DNA from: Callorhinchus milii
Taxonomy: Eukaryota
Direction of reading: 5' to 3'
Length of the DNA: 64,000 nt
Assembly: GCF_018977255.1 (NCBI RefSeq)
Contig: NW_024704793.1
Coordinates: 248,001 to 312,000, forward strand
The position numbers were made by a program, and so were the translations under genes. A model generated the notes under the pieces. The model made no database searches. It was not told the DNA's origin and saw only the letters and a program-made list of their open reading frames with translations. Shown here piece after piece: positions 12,150 to 24,235 of the stretch; the stretch's first letter is position 1; every line of letters starts with the position of its first letter.

Positions 12150-12530
12150 ATTAAGTTGTTTAATACGATAAAGGGTTACGATAGGGTAGATACAGAGAAT
12201 CGTTTTCCTTTGTGTGGGATTCCAGAACAAGGGATATTATTTTAAAATTAGAGGTAGGCCTTTTAGTAGAGAAGTAAGGGACCATGTTTTCCACACAAAG
12301 AGTAGTGGAAATGTGCAACAAACTTTCGCCGCAAAAGACAGCGTATTATGGCTGGATCCATTCACATTGTCTAGAGTGAGGTGAAGGAGTGTTTGTTACG
12401 TCAGGATATTGAAGGATATGTGGCAAGTTCGATTAATTTGAGTTGATGTGCAGATCAGGTTTAATCTTATAAAATCGCGCAAAATTCTCAAGAGGCAAAA
12501 TGGCATTCTACTGTTCATAAGTTCCTATCT
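12150..12530 (+). mobile_element. CR1 LINE 3' fragment
   Basis: Text such as ccagaacaagggatattattttaaaattagaggtaggcctttt corresponds to the CR1 TRGH.LKI...F motif region. Confidence 0.7.
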
Positions 12531-12589
12531 CTTCATCAGTCCATCCATCAGGATGTATGTCTGTCTATCTATGGCTCTATCCATCTTTC

Positions 12590-13600
12590 TAAGTATAAGA
12601 GGTAGATGGACTCTGATTTTGGTAGATAGGCGATGGGTGAAGCTGCAAGAAGGAAATAGATAGAGATTTCGGTGAGTCAGGCGATGGATTAGGGTGTGAG
12701 AGTTTGGTGGACAGAATCAGGGAAATCCGAAAATGGAATAAGGTGTGAGAAGGTCTTGGTTGACACTTGCAGTCAGGGGATGGATTAGAGTGTGAGACGG
12801 AGATGGATATAAACGTGGGAATTGGCGAATGGATTGAGGGAGATCGATAGAGATTTTGGGAAGACAAGGTTTGGATTGAATTGCAAGAGGAAGAAGAATA
12901 GTGACTTCTTGTGTCGGGATGGACTGCGGTATGAGGTGGACATGTATAGTATTCAGGAGTCATGGAAGAATTCAAGTTTACGACGGAGATGGATAGGAAA
13001 ATTTGGTCAGGCAGGGGTTTATTAACGTGCATGGGTTGATGGATAGAGAACTGAACGAGTCAGTGGATGGATTGGTGTTCAAGAGGGTGATGGATTGAGA
13101 CTTCGGAGAGTCATGGAATGGATTGAAGAGCTAGAGAGAAGTGAATCGAGAATATGTGGAGTCAGCAGATGGGTTGTGGTGTGAGAGGTAGATGGATACA
13201 GATTTGGGGATGACAGTGGACTGGTGAAAGTGTGAGAATAAGATGGATAGAGATGTGGGGTAACAAGGGGATTGATTAAAGTGTGAGACCGCTATGCAAA
13301 ACTAAGTTGTTATTGTTGTTGACTTGAGATATCCCAACCATGCCCCAATCTACAAAAAGGATAAGCACAGATTCAAGAGGTAAGATATAAATAATAGCAA
13401 TGATAACAAAGTTAATAGATTGAGCTGTAAGAGGGTAATCAATTGTTTGGGTAAGAGGGAATGGATTGGATTGCAAGAGAGAGATGTCTCGGGGAGTTCA
13501 TGGGTTGGACTAAGTTGCAATAGCGTGGTGGACAGTGACTTGCTGAGTCAGGAGATGTAATTAGTGGAGAGAGTGAAATGGATAGAGATTTGAAGAGTTA
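12590..13600. repeat. Highly degenerate purine-rich repeat (about 50-nt unit, gatggatagagat motif)
   Basis: Recurrent ggatagaga / gatggatt / gtgtgaga words; similar text at 7590-7990. Confidence 0.6.
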
Positions 13601-13879
13601 GGGCATATATTGAGGTGTGAGCGGTTTCACAGATTGAGATTGAATTAGCAGTGTGGAGCAGCGAGGCTGATATTTTGCTTTAGAGAACCGTATCATGATC
13701 AAAGATTGGACGATTATTTTTATATTTTTTGCTATCTCATCCATTTCCCCAACTAAAAGATGGTTGAGCACAGCATCAGGAGGTAAAATGTGTTTAACAA
13801 CAATAATCAATAATCTGAAAAGATCTGATCCTTCCAATTCTACCCTCCAGAAGCTGCAGAACAATTCAGCTTCTGTCGT

Positions 13880-14960
13880 TTCCACAAACGGCTTTTCCTC
13901 CACCCCCCGCACTACCTCGTGCGGTGTCCCTCAGGCCTCTGGTCTCGGTCCCCTCCTCTTCACCCTCTATACGCTACCCCTTGGTAACACCATCCGCAGA
14001 CATGGGATTAACATCCACATGTATGCGGATGACACGCAACTCTACCTTTCCACCTCTACCTCAACTCCACGACCACCGATGTCCTGACAGCTGCCTGTCC
14101 GACATCGAGTCCTGGACGAGAGACAACTTTCTGCAGCTCAACGTGCGCAAAACTGAGGCCCTCCTGATTGGCTCGCGTTAGCGCCGCCGCACCTCCGGCG
14201 TTGACAGCATCAGCATCCTAGGCTGCACTCTCTAACTCTCAAAGCCATCAGGAATCTCGGTGTTCTGTTCGACCCTGAGCTGTTTTCTGCCTCATATCCG
14301 CGGCACAACTGGCACCGCTTTCCGTCACCTCCGAAACATCGCAGACTACGGCACTACCTCACCCCTCACGCTGCTTAAACTCTGGTCCCCGCCTTTATCA
14401 CCTCAAGGCTGGACTATGGCAACTCTCCCTTCGCAGGCCTCCCCGGGCCTCCCTCCACACTGCAGGTCATTCAGAACTCTGCAGCTCGTGTACTGTCCCG
14501 CACCAGGCTTAGCGTCCACATCACTCCCACCCTCGCTCGCCTCCACTGGCTCCCCATCCCCCAGAGGATCGAATTCAAGATCCTCACCCTCACCTACAAG
14601 GCCATTCACGGCCTTGCTCCCTCCTACCTCTCCAACCTACTATCCCCCTACCTAACTGCCCGTACCCTCCGTTCCTCTGGCTCCCATCTGTTCCACATCC
14701 CCCGCCCTAAACGCTCTGCCGTCGGTGGCCGGGCCTTCAGTCTCTCAGCCCCTAGGCTCTGGAACTCTATCACCCAGTGCCTTCGCTTTACTTCCTCCCT
14801 TTTCTTCTTCAAGGCCGGTCTCAAGACCTTTCTCTTTGACCGTGCCTTCAGCTCCCTCTCGACTCTCTACCCCCTCCTCGCTCCCTCCCTTCCCAACCCT
14901 CACCCTGACCATTTCCCCCTGTTCGGCTCCTGACCCAACTGTATAGCGCCTGGTACTTGA
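13880..14960 (+). mobile_element. 5'-truncated, decayed L2 LINE (RT domain to 3' UTR)
   Basis: [15 protein letters not shown]...[12 protein letters not shown] in ORF 13695-14087; same family as 17680-21176, with stops and frameshifts. Confidence 0.93.
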
Positions 14961-15399
14961 AGCATTGGAGAGAGGGTGCAAGGCGGAAGGATTGAGGTAC
15001 AATATTCCAGAGTTTAGTAGCGTAATGGCTGAATGCACGACCTCCGATGGTGGGGCGAATAGTGCGAGGGACGGGAATGAGTCCATTGGATCGGAAGCGC
15101 AGGGTGGCAGATTTGTGAATGAGGAGGTCGCAGAGGTAGGGAGGTGACAGGGACTGAATGGATTTGAACAGAAGTGTGAGGATCTTGTGGCAATTATTTA
15201 ATTAGAGCACAAACCCGGGGTCCAATTCTCGGCTTAAGAAGAGTCCACATTTTTGCCTCTTATTAAATCTCAGACAGAAACAGTCTCGCAGGCTGTCACT
15301 GTGGTTATTTTCCATGGTTCCAAGAATATAAGATTCTCGGCTTGATAAATTGGGGCAAAAACTACACAAAAATACAACAAAAAATTAAGGAACTTCTGT

Positions 15400-15845
15400 T
15401 GAAACTTCAATAATTGCTGGTTAGGTTACAGCGAGATTATTGTGCCCAATTCTGGTCAATAAAATTTATGGAAGATGCTGGTGCCTTGTAGATGGTGAGG
15501 ACGACATTTACCAGGATGCTACCAGCTATGAGGGACATAGTTATGTGGAGAGGCTGGAGAAGCTAAGATCGTTCCCCTTAGAGTAGATATTTAAGACATT
15601 TGACAAAAGAACCAGAGGGGAGAAGAGGCGAATTTTTTTTATCAAAAGAGCAAGTAGGAATTCACTGCCTAAAGGGTGGTGAAAACAGATTCGACATTAT
15701 CTTACAAAAGGGATTTATTTAGGTATCTAAAAACGAAATAAAAACACAACTGCATGTTTATGAAGTTAGAGCGGGGCATCGGGAAGTGTTGGTAGCCTTC
15801 CAAATGGCCTCCTTCTCTGCTGTAAATTTCTATTATTCTATGTAA
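15400..15845 (+). mobile_element. CR1 LINE 3' fragment
   Basis: catttaccaggatgctaccag...ggagaggctggagaagcta...ccaaatggcctccttctctgctgta, ending ttctatg. Boundaries approximate. Confidence 0.75.
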
Positions 15846-16442
15846 CAGATTAGGACATTGTGCCCAGTATCCCCCGAGTTCCTCCCTCTAATCCTTCCAA
15901 TTAAACTCCCTTTATTTATCTTTAATCTCGCTTGCTGATTTACCTCTTTAACGGCTCTTAAAGTCACATTTCCCTCCCCCTGTGCCTTGCTTAACATTCA
16001 ATAGGACTCGTTGCAAAGCTCCCAGGCCCTATCCTGTGTGAAGGGAATTATATCAATGTAGGTTGTTGTTGTTGTAATAGTCTTTTTGATTGGATATTCA
16101 GGGGAGAACATTACGCGATGCATTCCATTACAACTGCAGCCAATTTTCCACGTGCCAGTGGCATAGGTAGAACCATAGAAATATCCAGCACAGAAGAGTA
16201 CTATGGTCTGTGCTGCTCTATTAAACTGCGTTCCTTTCAGTGCTGTCGAACTGTCCGCAAGAGGAAGCCCATCAACGTGCTATAGAGTATTCAGTTGTCG
16301 CTGTGGAACTTGATTGAATCATCCTCAGCATGATGATGGTTTTCACCTTCTGTCGGACACTCCGTTGACAGACAAAACCTGTGCCACTGTTGCAGTCATC
16401 ATTCAGTCACTGACCAGTCTTTTATCTGTGTTTATCTCACAG

Positions 16443-16591
16443 GTTTCTTGACTACTCAGGGAATTGTGAACATTGTCCATGTCAGCCTGGCGATCGCACT
16501 GTCTCTGGTAATTATTGTCCTGCTCGTGTTCGAATGCCGACCAATAACTAAAGACGACAGTCAAGAAAGGGTTATTGAAGACACGACCTGA
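16443..16591 (+). CDS. IgSF receptor gene exon 4: transmembrane + short cytoplasmic tail
   Basis: Acceptor tttatctgtgtttatctcacag|GT, phase 1, in frame: (S)FLTTQGIVNIVHVSLAIALSLVIIVLLVFECRPITKDDSQERVIEDTT*. Not in the ORF track. Confidence 0.8.
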
Positions 16592-16964
16592 CCTCTCAAA
16601 TGTTCTCCTCAAGGCTCTCAAATTCCAGCTCGTCTCCATCTTATCCTCGGTCTCACACGATAGATTCTATCTTTTGCTCTTGACCTAATTTCCTGCCTTT
16701 GCTTTTGCTTCACTTCCCCGTTCTCTGTCTGTCTTCTTTAGCCTCCAGTTTGAGGTGAATTGTCCCTTGAGGGCTGAGCGTTCAAATAAACCGGATAACA
16801 ATAAGAACAATAATAATTCCCACATTTCGTTTTGCAGTTTTCACATCAGGAAAACATGTCAAAGCACTTTTCAAGATATCCTGTTCAAAGAGTAGTTATT
16901 GTTCGGGTAAATGCGGTATCTAATTTGTGCACAGCAATGTCCCAGAATCAGCCACCAAGTTAGT

Positions 16965-17590
16965 AAAATCATAGAATCATGTTATTTACGGCAGAGATAA
17001 AGACCTTGACCCATCGTGTCTGTGACGGCATTTTAAGAGTACTCCATTCAGTCCCATTTACCTGCCCGTTCCCAGAGCCAACTATATTTGTGAGATTGTC
17101 CGCCACGGGTAAGACTTCGCGCGTTCAGATGCAACATTTTTAATTTCCTACCGTGTTCTCTACTCTCTGGTTCCTTGTCTACGTTGCCAAGCTTCTTACA
17201 CCAACTTAATATATTTCCATTATCTGGCAGTCTATTCTGCACTACCATTTTTACTTTTTCTCATTCTAACCTATGGTTTCTCTTACCTATATATTCCCAC
17301 CAGTTTACTTGTTTAAATTCCTATTTATTTCCCTGTTAATTCGCTTCCCCGGAGCGAGTCGGGGAGCGGCAGCAGGACAGCGCGGGGAGGAGCCTGGGCC
17401 TACTGACCCAGGTACTTAAACTCGACGCCGGAGCGAGTGCAGCCAGTCGGGGAGCGGCAGCAGGACAGCGCGGGAGGAGCCTGGGCCTACTGACCCAGGT
17501 ACTTAAACTCGACGCCGGAGCGAGTGCAGCCCCGGGGCAGGGGAGGGAGGTGTGGGGGCGGAGCGGGGGAACTGCGACGTCATAGATTAG
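16965..17590 (-). mobile_element. CR1-like element: GC-rich 5' end with 2x88-bp repeat, start of endonuclease domain, then CR1 3' tail
   Basis: On - : tgacgtcg and GC box, tandem 88-bp units (17357-17531), LKMLHLNARSL (about 17112-17145), then cacagacacgatggg...atgattctatga. Confidence 0.6.
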
Positions 17591-17679
17591 TTTTCAGGTG
17601 AGTGCGCGCGCACAAAAAAAAAAAAAAAAAAAAAAACCCTCTGCGCCCCCCCCCACCCCCCCAGGGCTCACATCAGAGC

Positions 17680-20600
17680 CCACTATGGTCCTGTTGGGTT
17701 CGATGCCCCAATCTGCGGGATAATGCCATCCACCTGACCGCTCGCTCCCGGTCCCCGCGTGCGCACTATGGCTGCCGCTTTGACCCGAGCCCCTCACCCC
17801 CTCCCTCCCCCCCCTCCTCTCTCCCCCCAAACCCTCCCCCCTCTCCATCTCTCCCGCTCTCTCCTCCTCTCTCTCCGTCCCTCTCGTCTTCTATCCCCAC
17901 TTGACCCTCCCACAACCTCCCTCTGTTCCAGTCTGGGAATCCTCCGCCGGGCTCACCGCGGCACTCGGCGTTGGCTGTCCAGCAGCAGCCACACCGACTG
18001 CCCCATTCCCCACCACTCTCGCCAGCCACCCCGGACACAGACCCGGGGAGTCAACCTCTCCTCCCTCATCCCCATCTCCCCCACCCCTGCCTCACAACCT
18101 GGACCCCCCTCCCCTCCCACACACCCTTCTGTCAACCGCTCCCTCCACATCGGACTGCAAAATGTCCGCTCCCTCTGCAACAAGGCCCTGGTCATCAACG
18201 ATCTCATCCTTGATGAGAACGTTGATATCATGGCCTTGACAGAAACGTGGCTCACCCCAGGCGACACCTTCCCCCTCACGGAGGCCACGCCACCCGGCTA
18301 CACCTCCCACCACATCCCCCGCCCCAACCGCCGTGGCGGTGGTGTTGCCCTTATCTCAAGGACACCACTTGCCCTATCCCCCTACTCCTCTGGCTCTTTC
18401 CCCTCCTTCGAGCACCTCACCCTCTCCCACCCCTCATTCCTCTCCCTTAAAATCCTCCTCCTCTACCGGCCCCCTAAAACCTCTCCCACCTTCATCTCTG
18501 ACATTTCAACACTCCTCACATCTCTTTGCCTCTCCTCTGATCGCCTCATCATCCTGGGCGACTTTAACCTACACTTCACCCCCTCCTGCTCCATCTCCAC
18601 AGACTTCTCTTCCCTGCTCTCCTCACTCAACCTTTCCCTACACATAAACTCCCCCACTCACAGTCACGGCCACCCACTCGATTTGGTGATCACCCGGGGC
18701 CTCAGTGTCTCGGATGTCACTATTACCGACAAGGCCATCTCCGACCACTACTTCATCTCCTTCACCACCTCCACCCCCCTCCCCACCTCCACCAGACCCA
18801 CCACCATCTTCTACCGCCCTTGGAAGAAGTTACCCCCACAATCCCTAACCGATGCCTTGGAGTCCTCTGAACTCCTCTCCCTCTGGCCTTCAACCCTCAC
18901 CGACCCCTCTTCTCCTCTCTCCCTCCTCCACAATATCCTCTCCTCCACACTCGATACTCTTGCCCCCATCACTTCCCGCACTGTCTCCTACTCCCGCTCC
19001 TCCCCCTGGTACACCACCCACCTCCGCTCACTGAAATGCCAGGTGCGGGCTGCTGAGCGCACCTTTGTCAAATCCGGCTTAACGGTCCACCGACAAATCT
19101 GGCTGGACCTCCTCAAAATTTACCGCTCCACTCTAGCCTCGGCCAAGTCGTCCTTCTACTCCAGGATAATCCTGGAGGCGAAGAACAACCCCAGGCTACT
19201 GTTTTCCACCACATCCCGACTCCTCCGTCCCCCCCGCCACCCCGCGCAGGTCATCTCCTCCAACCTTCACTGCGAGGAGATGCTGGATTTCCTTGAATCC
19301 AAGATCAAGGGAATCCGCTCCGCGGTCACTTCCCCTCCAACTTCCACCCACCACCCACCCCTTCCCTCCCACACTCCGACTCCTACCCATCCTCCCCTAC
19401 ACACCTTCGTACCCGTTTCCCCACCCTCTGTCACTGAACTCATCCTATCCCTAAAACCAACCACCTGCTCCCTTGACCCCATCCCCACTCCACTCCTTAT
19501 CTCCCAGCTCCATTTTCTTGCCCCACACATCACTGACATCATAAACCTGTCCCTCTCCTCTGGCTCTGTCCCCATTCCATTAAAAACTGCCATCATCACG
19601 CCCACCCTGAAAAAACCCTCCCTTGATGCGTCGCAGCTATCAAGCTACCGGCCCATCTCCAACCTCCCCTTTCTCTCCAAGGTCTTGGAAAGAGTTGTCG
19701 CCTCCCAACTGCGCTCTTTCCTCTCCACCCATTCTCTTTTTGAACCCCTTCAGTCAGGTTTCCGTGCTGCCATAGCACAGAAACTGCCCTGGTCAAGGTC
19801 ACCAATGATATCCTGACCATCTGTGACCAGGGCTCCCTCTGTCTCCTCGTCCTCCTCGACCTATCGGCAGCATTCGATACGGTCGACCACGCTATCCTAC
19901 TCCACCGCTTGTCCTCCCACCTCAACCTTCAAGGCACTGTCCTTGAATGGTTTAGCTCTTACCTTTCCCACCGTCTTCACTTCGTCTCAACGAATGGCTT
20001 CTCCTCCACCCCCCGTACTGTCTCATGTGGTGTCCCTCAGGGCTCTGTCCTCGGTCCCCTCCTCTTCACCCTCTATATGCTCCCCCTCGGTGACATCATC
20101 CGCAAACATGGGGTTAACTTCCACATGTATGCGGATGACACCCAACTCTACCTTTCCTCCTCTACTCTCAACTCCACGACCACCGATGTCCTGACAGCCT
20201 GCCTGTCCGACATCGAGTCCTGGACGAGAGACAACTTTCTTCAGCTCAACGTGCGAAAAACCGAGGCCCTCCTGATTGGCTCACGTCAGCGCCTCCGCAC
20301 CTCAGGCGCTGACACCATCAGCATCCAAGGCTGCACTCTCCACCTCTCAAAGCCAGTCAGGAACCTCGGCGTTTTGTTCGACCCTGAGCTGTCCTTTCTC
20401 CCTCACATCCGCACCACAACTGGCACCGCCTTCCATCACCTCCGGAATATCGCCAGATTACGGCACTACCTCACCCCTCACGCCGCTGAAACCCTGGTTC
20501 ACGCCTTTGTCACCTCAAGGCTGGACTATGGGAACTCTCTCCTCGCCGGCCTTCCCGCCACCTCCCTCCACAAGCTGCAGGTCATTCAGAACTCTGCAGC

Positions 20601-21176
20601 TCGTGTACTGTCCCGCACCAGGCTTCGGGACCACATCACTCCTACCCTCGCTCGCCTCCACTGGCTCCCCATCCCCCAGAGGATTGATTTCAAGATCCTC
20701 ATCCTCACCTACAAGGCCATTCACGGCCTTGCTCCCTCCTACCTCTCCAACCTACTATCCCCCTACCTACCTGCCCGTACCCTCCGTTCCTCTGGCTCCG
20801 GTCTGCTCCACGTCCCCCGCCCCAACCGCCCTACTATCGGTGGTCGGGCCTTCAGCCTCTCAGCCCCGAGGCTCTGGAACTCCATCCCCCAGTGCCTTCG
20901 CCTTGCTTCCTCCCTTTCCTCCTTCAAGGCCGGTCTCAAAACCTTTCTCTTTGACCGTGCCTTCAGCTCCCCTCTCGACTCTCTTCCTCCTCCTCGCTCC
21001 CTCCCTTCCCTCCCCTCACCCTGACCATTTCCCCCCTCCTCTCTCCCTCCCTTCCCTCCCCTCACCCTGACCATTTCCCCCCTGCTCGGGTCATGACCCA
21101 ACTGTGCAGCGCCTTGGGACGTCCTCCTGACGTGAAAGGCGCTCTATAAATGGAATCTTGTTGTTGTTGTTGTTGT
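17680..21176 (+). mobile_element. Near-intact L2 LINE
   Basis: APE domain (LQNVRSL, LTETWL, GDFN, SDH), RT ([23 protein letters not shown]), duplicated segment in the 3' UTR (about 20995-21080), hairpin agcgcctt...aaggcgct 21108-21143, (ttg)n tail. Confidence 0.97.
17768..21024 (+). CDS. L2 ORF2 (endonuclease/reverse transcriptase) with one frameshift near 19771
   Basis: ORFs 17759-19816 and 19909-21024 join if one base is restored in gctgcc[c]atagcacagaa ([15 protein letters not shown]). Confidence 0.9.
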
Positions 21177-21189
21177 ATGTTAGTAGAAT

Positions 21190-22105
21190 ACAAGACGACA
21201 CAGAAAGACTGGAAAAACGCGTAGAGACATGGCAGATGAAGTTTAATGTGAAGAAATGCGAAATGATGCATTTTTGGAGCAAGAATGAAAAGAGGCAATA
21301 AAAGCTAGATCATAGAAGCTTAAAGTGTGAAGGAACAGAGATACCTGGGGTTTCATATAGGTAAATTTTAAGTTAGCAGGACAGGCTGATGAAGCTGGTA
21401 AGAAGCATATCGGAAACGAGACTTTATAAATAGCGACATAGGGTACAATATTTAATAAGGTGAGATGAATCTCTGTAAGACCCTGGACCCTGACATCAGC
21501 GAGCGTACTTTGTTCAGTTTTGGGCACTACATTTCGGAAGGATGTCAAGCCATTGGATAAGAAGCAAAGGAAATTTACCAGGACGGATCCAGGAATGAGG
21601 GAATTGAGTTATCAGGAGAGGCTGGAGAAACTAAGATTATTCGCCTGGAGCAGAGCTAGAAAAGAGGAGACTAAGTAGAATTTTTCCATATTATGAAGGG
21701 ATTCGAGAGGGTGAACAAAGAGAGAATATTTCTAACGGGGGTTTGGGAGTGTGTGTGGGTCGAGTGTTTGTGTGGGGGTGGATTGGGGGGCGTGTGTCGG
21801 TAATCCAAGACAACCGATATAAAATTATGGTTTAAATAAACAGAGGGCGGTAAAGAGAAATGGTTTCAGACAGCGAGTTTTTCCGATCCGGAAAGCATTG
21901 CCTGAAGTGATGGTGGAAATTGATTGGATAACAACTTTGAAGGGATAGGTAGAGAACTTTTAGGGAGGACAGTTTCCTGGGCAATGGAGTGGGTGGGGTG
22001 GTGGGAATTGTTTGGATAGCTCGTTTCAAACAGCTGACACAGACACAATAGGCCGAAAGGCCTCCTTCCGTGGAGTATAATTCTATGATTCTATGAGTCT
22101 ATGAA
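21190..22105 (+). mobile_element. CR1 LINE 3' portion, decayed
   Basis: tggcagatgaagtttaatgtgaagaaatg (WQMKFNV.KC) through ggccgaaaggcctccttc and the (attctatg)n tail. Confidence 0.88.
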
Positions 22106-23849
22106 TTTTCATAGAAGCCATTCACCTACAACATATGCTGCTAAAAAATTATCAAATCTCGTTTCTTCCATTAAGTCATTACACAAACCGAGATTCAGAA
22201 TTTACCCTCAAGAAAAATAGATGGAACTATCAGGGTGAGGCAAACTTTGCCGAAGGAAGAAGGTTCGAAGATTCTCAGTCCATGTTTATATTGCTTATAT
22301 TTAACAAGTTATACAAGATTGGCTTTACAAACGTGCATGACATTGCAGTTCATGCCGGTAGTGTAGACAATGCTGACCATGATCACAGTTCGGTTAATAA
22401 AAATAACAACAACTTGCAATTATATTGCACACCTTATGCACGGTAGCACCACAGAGTGATTAATGATGTCGAGCCTGGGGGAGGGGGAACGTGACTCTAG
22501 GCATTGTCGAAGAGGACGCTCTTCAGACTCGACCTGAAAATAGAGAAGAAAGGTGGCGGGAGAGAGGAAGAATGCTCTTGAATTTCGGAGACGAGTGGCT
22601 GAAATTGCAGCCATCAGCGATAGGTACCAGAGCGCCATCGAAGAGATTCATGAGCATATGAGTTCTGCAGTCAAAGATCTAATACTGAGCCAATTCTCCT
22701 TCCCAATCTGAATGCTGGTAAATAATTCGGATGTTTCAGCATCATGTTTCTGCCAATGAGGGAATGGTCAAAACTTCGATCCTTCCCCAGTTTGTTCCGT
22801 TACCTGGTGATATGTTGCCCAAAGGTTGGTCTAAACGTTTGCTCAACAGAAGCTCGCTCTTGTTCAGTTGATTTTCAAATATAATAATAGACAAATGCCC
22901 ACTATCCGCTGCAACGTGTGTAGAGTGCCATTGGGACTTTGTTCTTAAACTAGAATGGTCACCACCGCAACGAGGTGGACCAATTCTCAGACATATACTA
23001 AACCTTCAGTTTTATTTGTAGCAACAAACATAGCAGTGTTACATCATACTGTGAAAATGGCAGCAGCAAAAACCAACATTACTGATGTTGGAGTATTTAG
23101 CAAGGCCCGGCTGGGAATCAAACCCAAGTTCTCCTGTTCACGGGAGTGGCACTTTGCAACATAATCCATGAAGCTGTTGTTTCATATCAACTTTTTTGAA
23201 TTTCACATGCGCATTAATGGTAATTTTTAAAAAATATATTAATCAGTTATCTATCTCTTGGATCGCGGCAGCAAGCGGATTGTAATATCCCATCTGCATC
23301 TCTTTGGTCTTGACTGAATTCTATATTTTCTATACCGAATTCTTGGTTATTCTAAAGTAAAGACCATTCACATATCGCATTTATCCTTCAGCATTTAACC
23401 TCGCTGTGAACCTGATAGCTTCTACAATCGTGACCTGACCTAAAAGTTTAACGTTCATAGAACTTATGGATGGAAATTGTTTACCAGATATGTTTCGACT
23501 TCGGATCCCTGAAAAAGGTTCCAAATCAAAATTTTGTCCTCCACGTGAACTTATCAGAAAGCCGTTTCTGGTGAACTATCAAATATTAGCGAAACAACCT
23601 GTATAAACGTCGATATTCACATCAAGAAAAATTGGTATCAAATAAACCAGCAAACGTGAGAATAATATAATAAAAATAATATAATAACATAAGAACCTAA
23701 GAAATTCTAGACAAGGGAAATACGGAGGTGCATCTTGTTCATCTAACACTTTCCTGGCGGCCACACGAACATTTGACAATAACGGCCAATGTGCTGTCCC
23801 GTAATGCTATTGCCTAAAAGAAAACTCTCTCAGCTGTGTTTGATGGAAT

Positions 23850-24235
23850 CATAATGTTCAACTTCATCTGTCTCCTCACGCCCTGCCAACCCGCCCGTTC
23901 CCTCCTCTGAGCCGCCTCTGGCATCTCCACGTTCCCCGACCAACCCGCCCAACATTGCTGGAGAGCCTTCAGCCACTCTGCCCCCAGCCTCTGTAGCCAT
24001 CCCCCCAGGCACTGAGCCTCGCCCGCTCCTTATCATCCTTCAAGTCCCGCCTCAAGACCCTCCTCCTTGACCATGCCATCGGCCGTCCCTCGTTACCCTC
24101 TTCCCTTTAGCGCAACCCCCCAGCCCAACCCCTCCCAAACCCGACAAAAACTAGTGGCTGAAACACGCTATTGCGCTTTGGACGTCTTCCCGACGTGAAA
24201 TGCTATTGTAATCGTGTTGTTGATCTTGATGCTGT
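23850..24235 (+). mobile_element. L2 3' fragment with tail
   Basis: ccttcaagtcccgcctcaagacc...gcgctttggacgtcttcccgacgtgaaa and a ttg tail. Confidence 0.75.

Noticed and set aside
8584-16591. Calling the receptor CD4, LAG-3 or G6F
   Set aside because: Only two Ig exons were found, there is no WxC in the second domain, and no CxC/CxH, ITAM or EP-repeat tail; the family cannot be named without a search.
17357-17531. CRISPR-like or other prokaryotic repeat arrays (also 48051-48195)
   Set aside because: Direct tandem repeats without unique spacers, in a eukaryotic context.
17766-21101. Alternative-frame and antisense ORFs over the L2
   Set aside because: By-products of the C-rich codon usage of ORF2.
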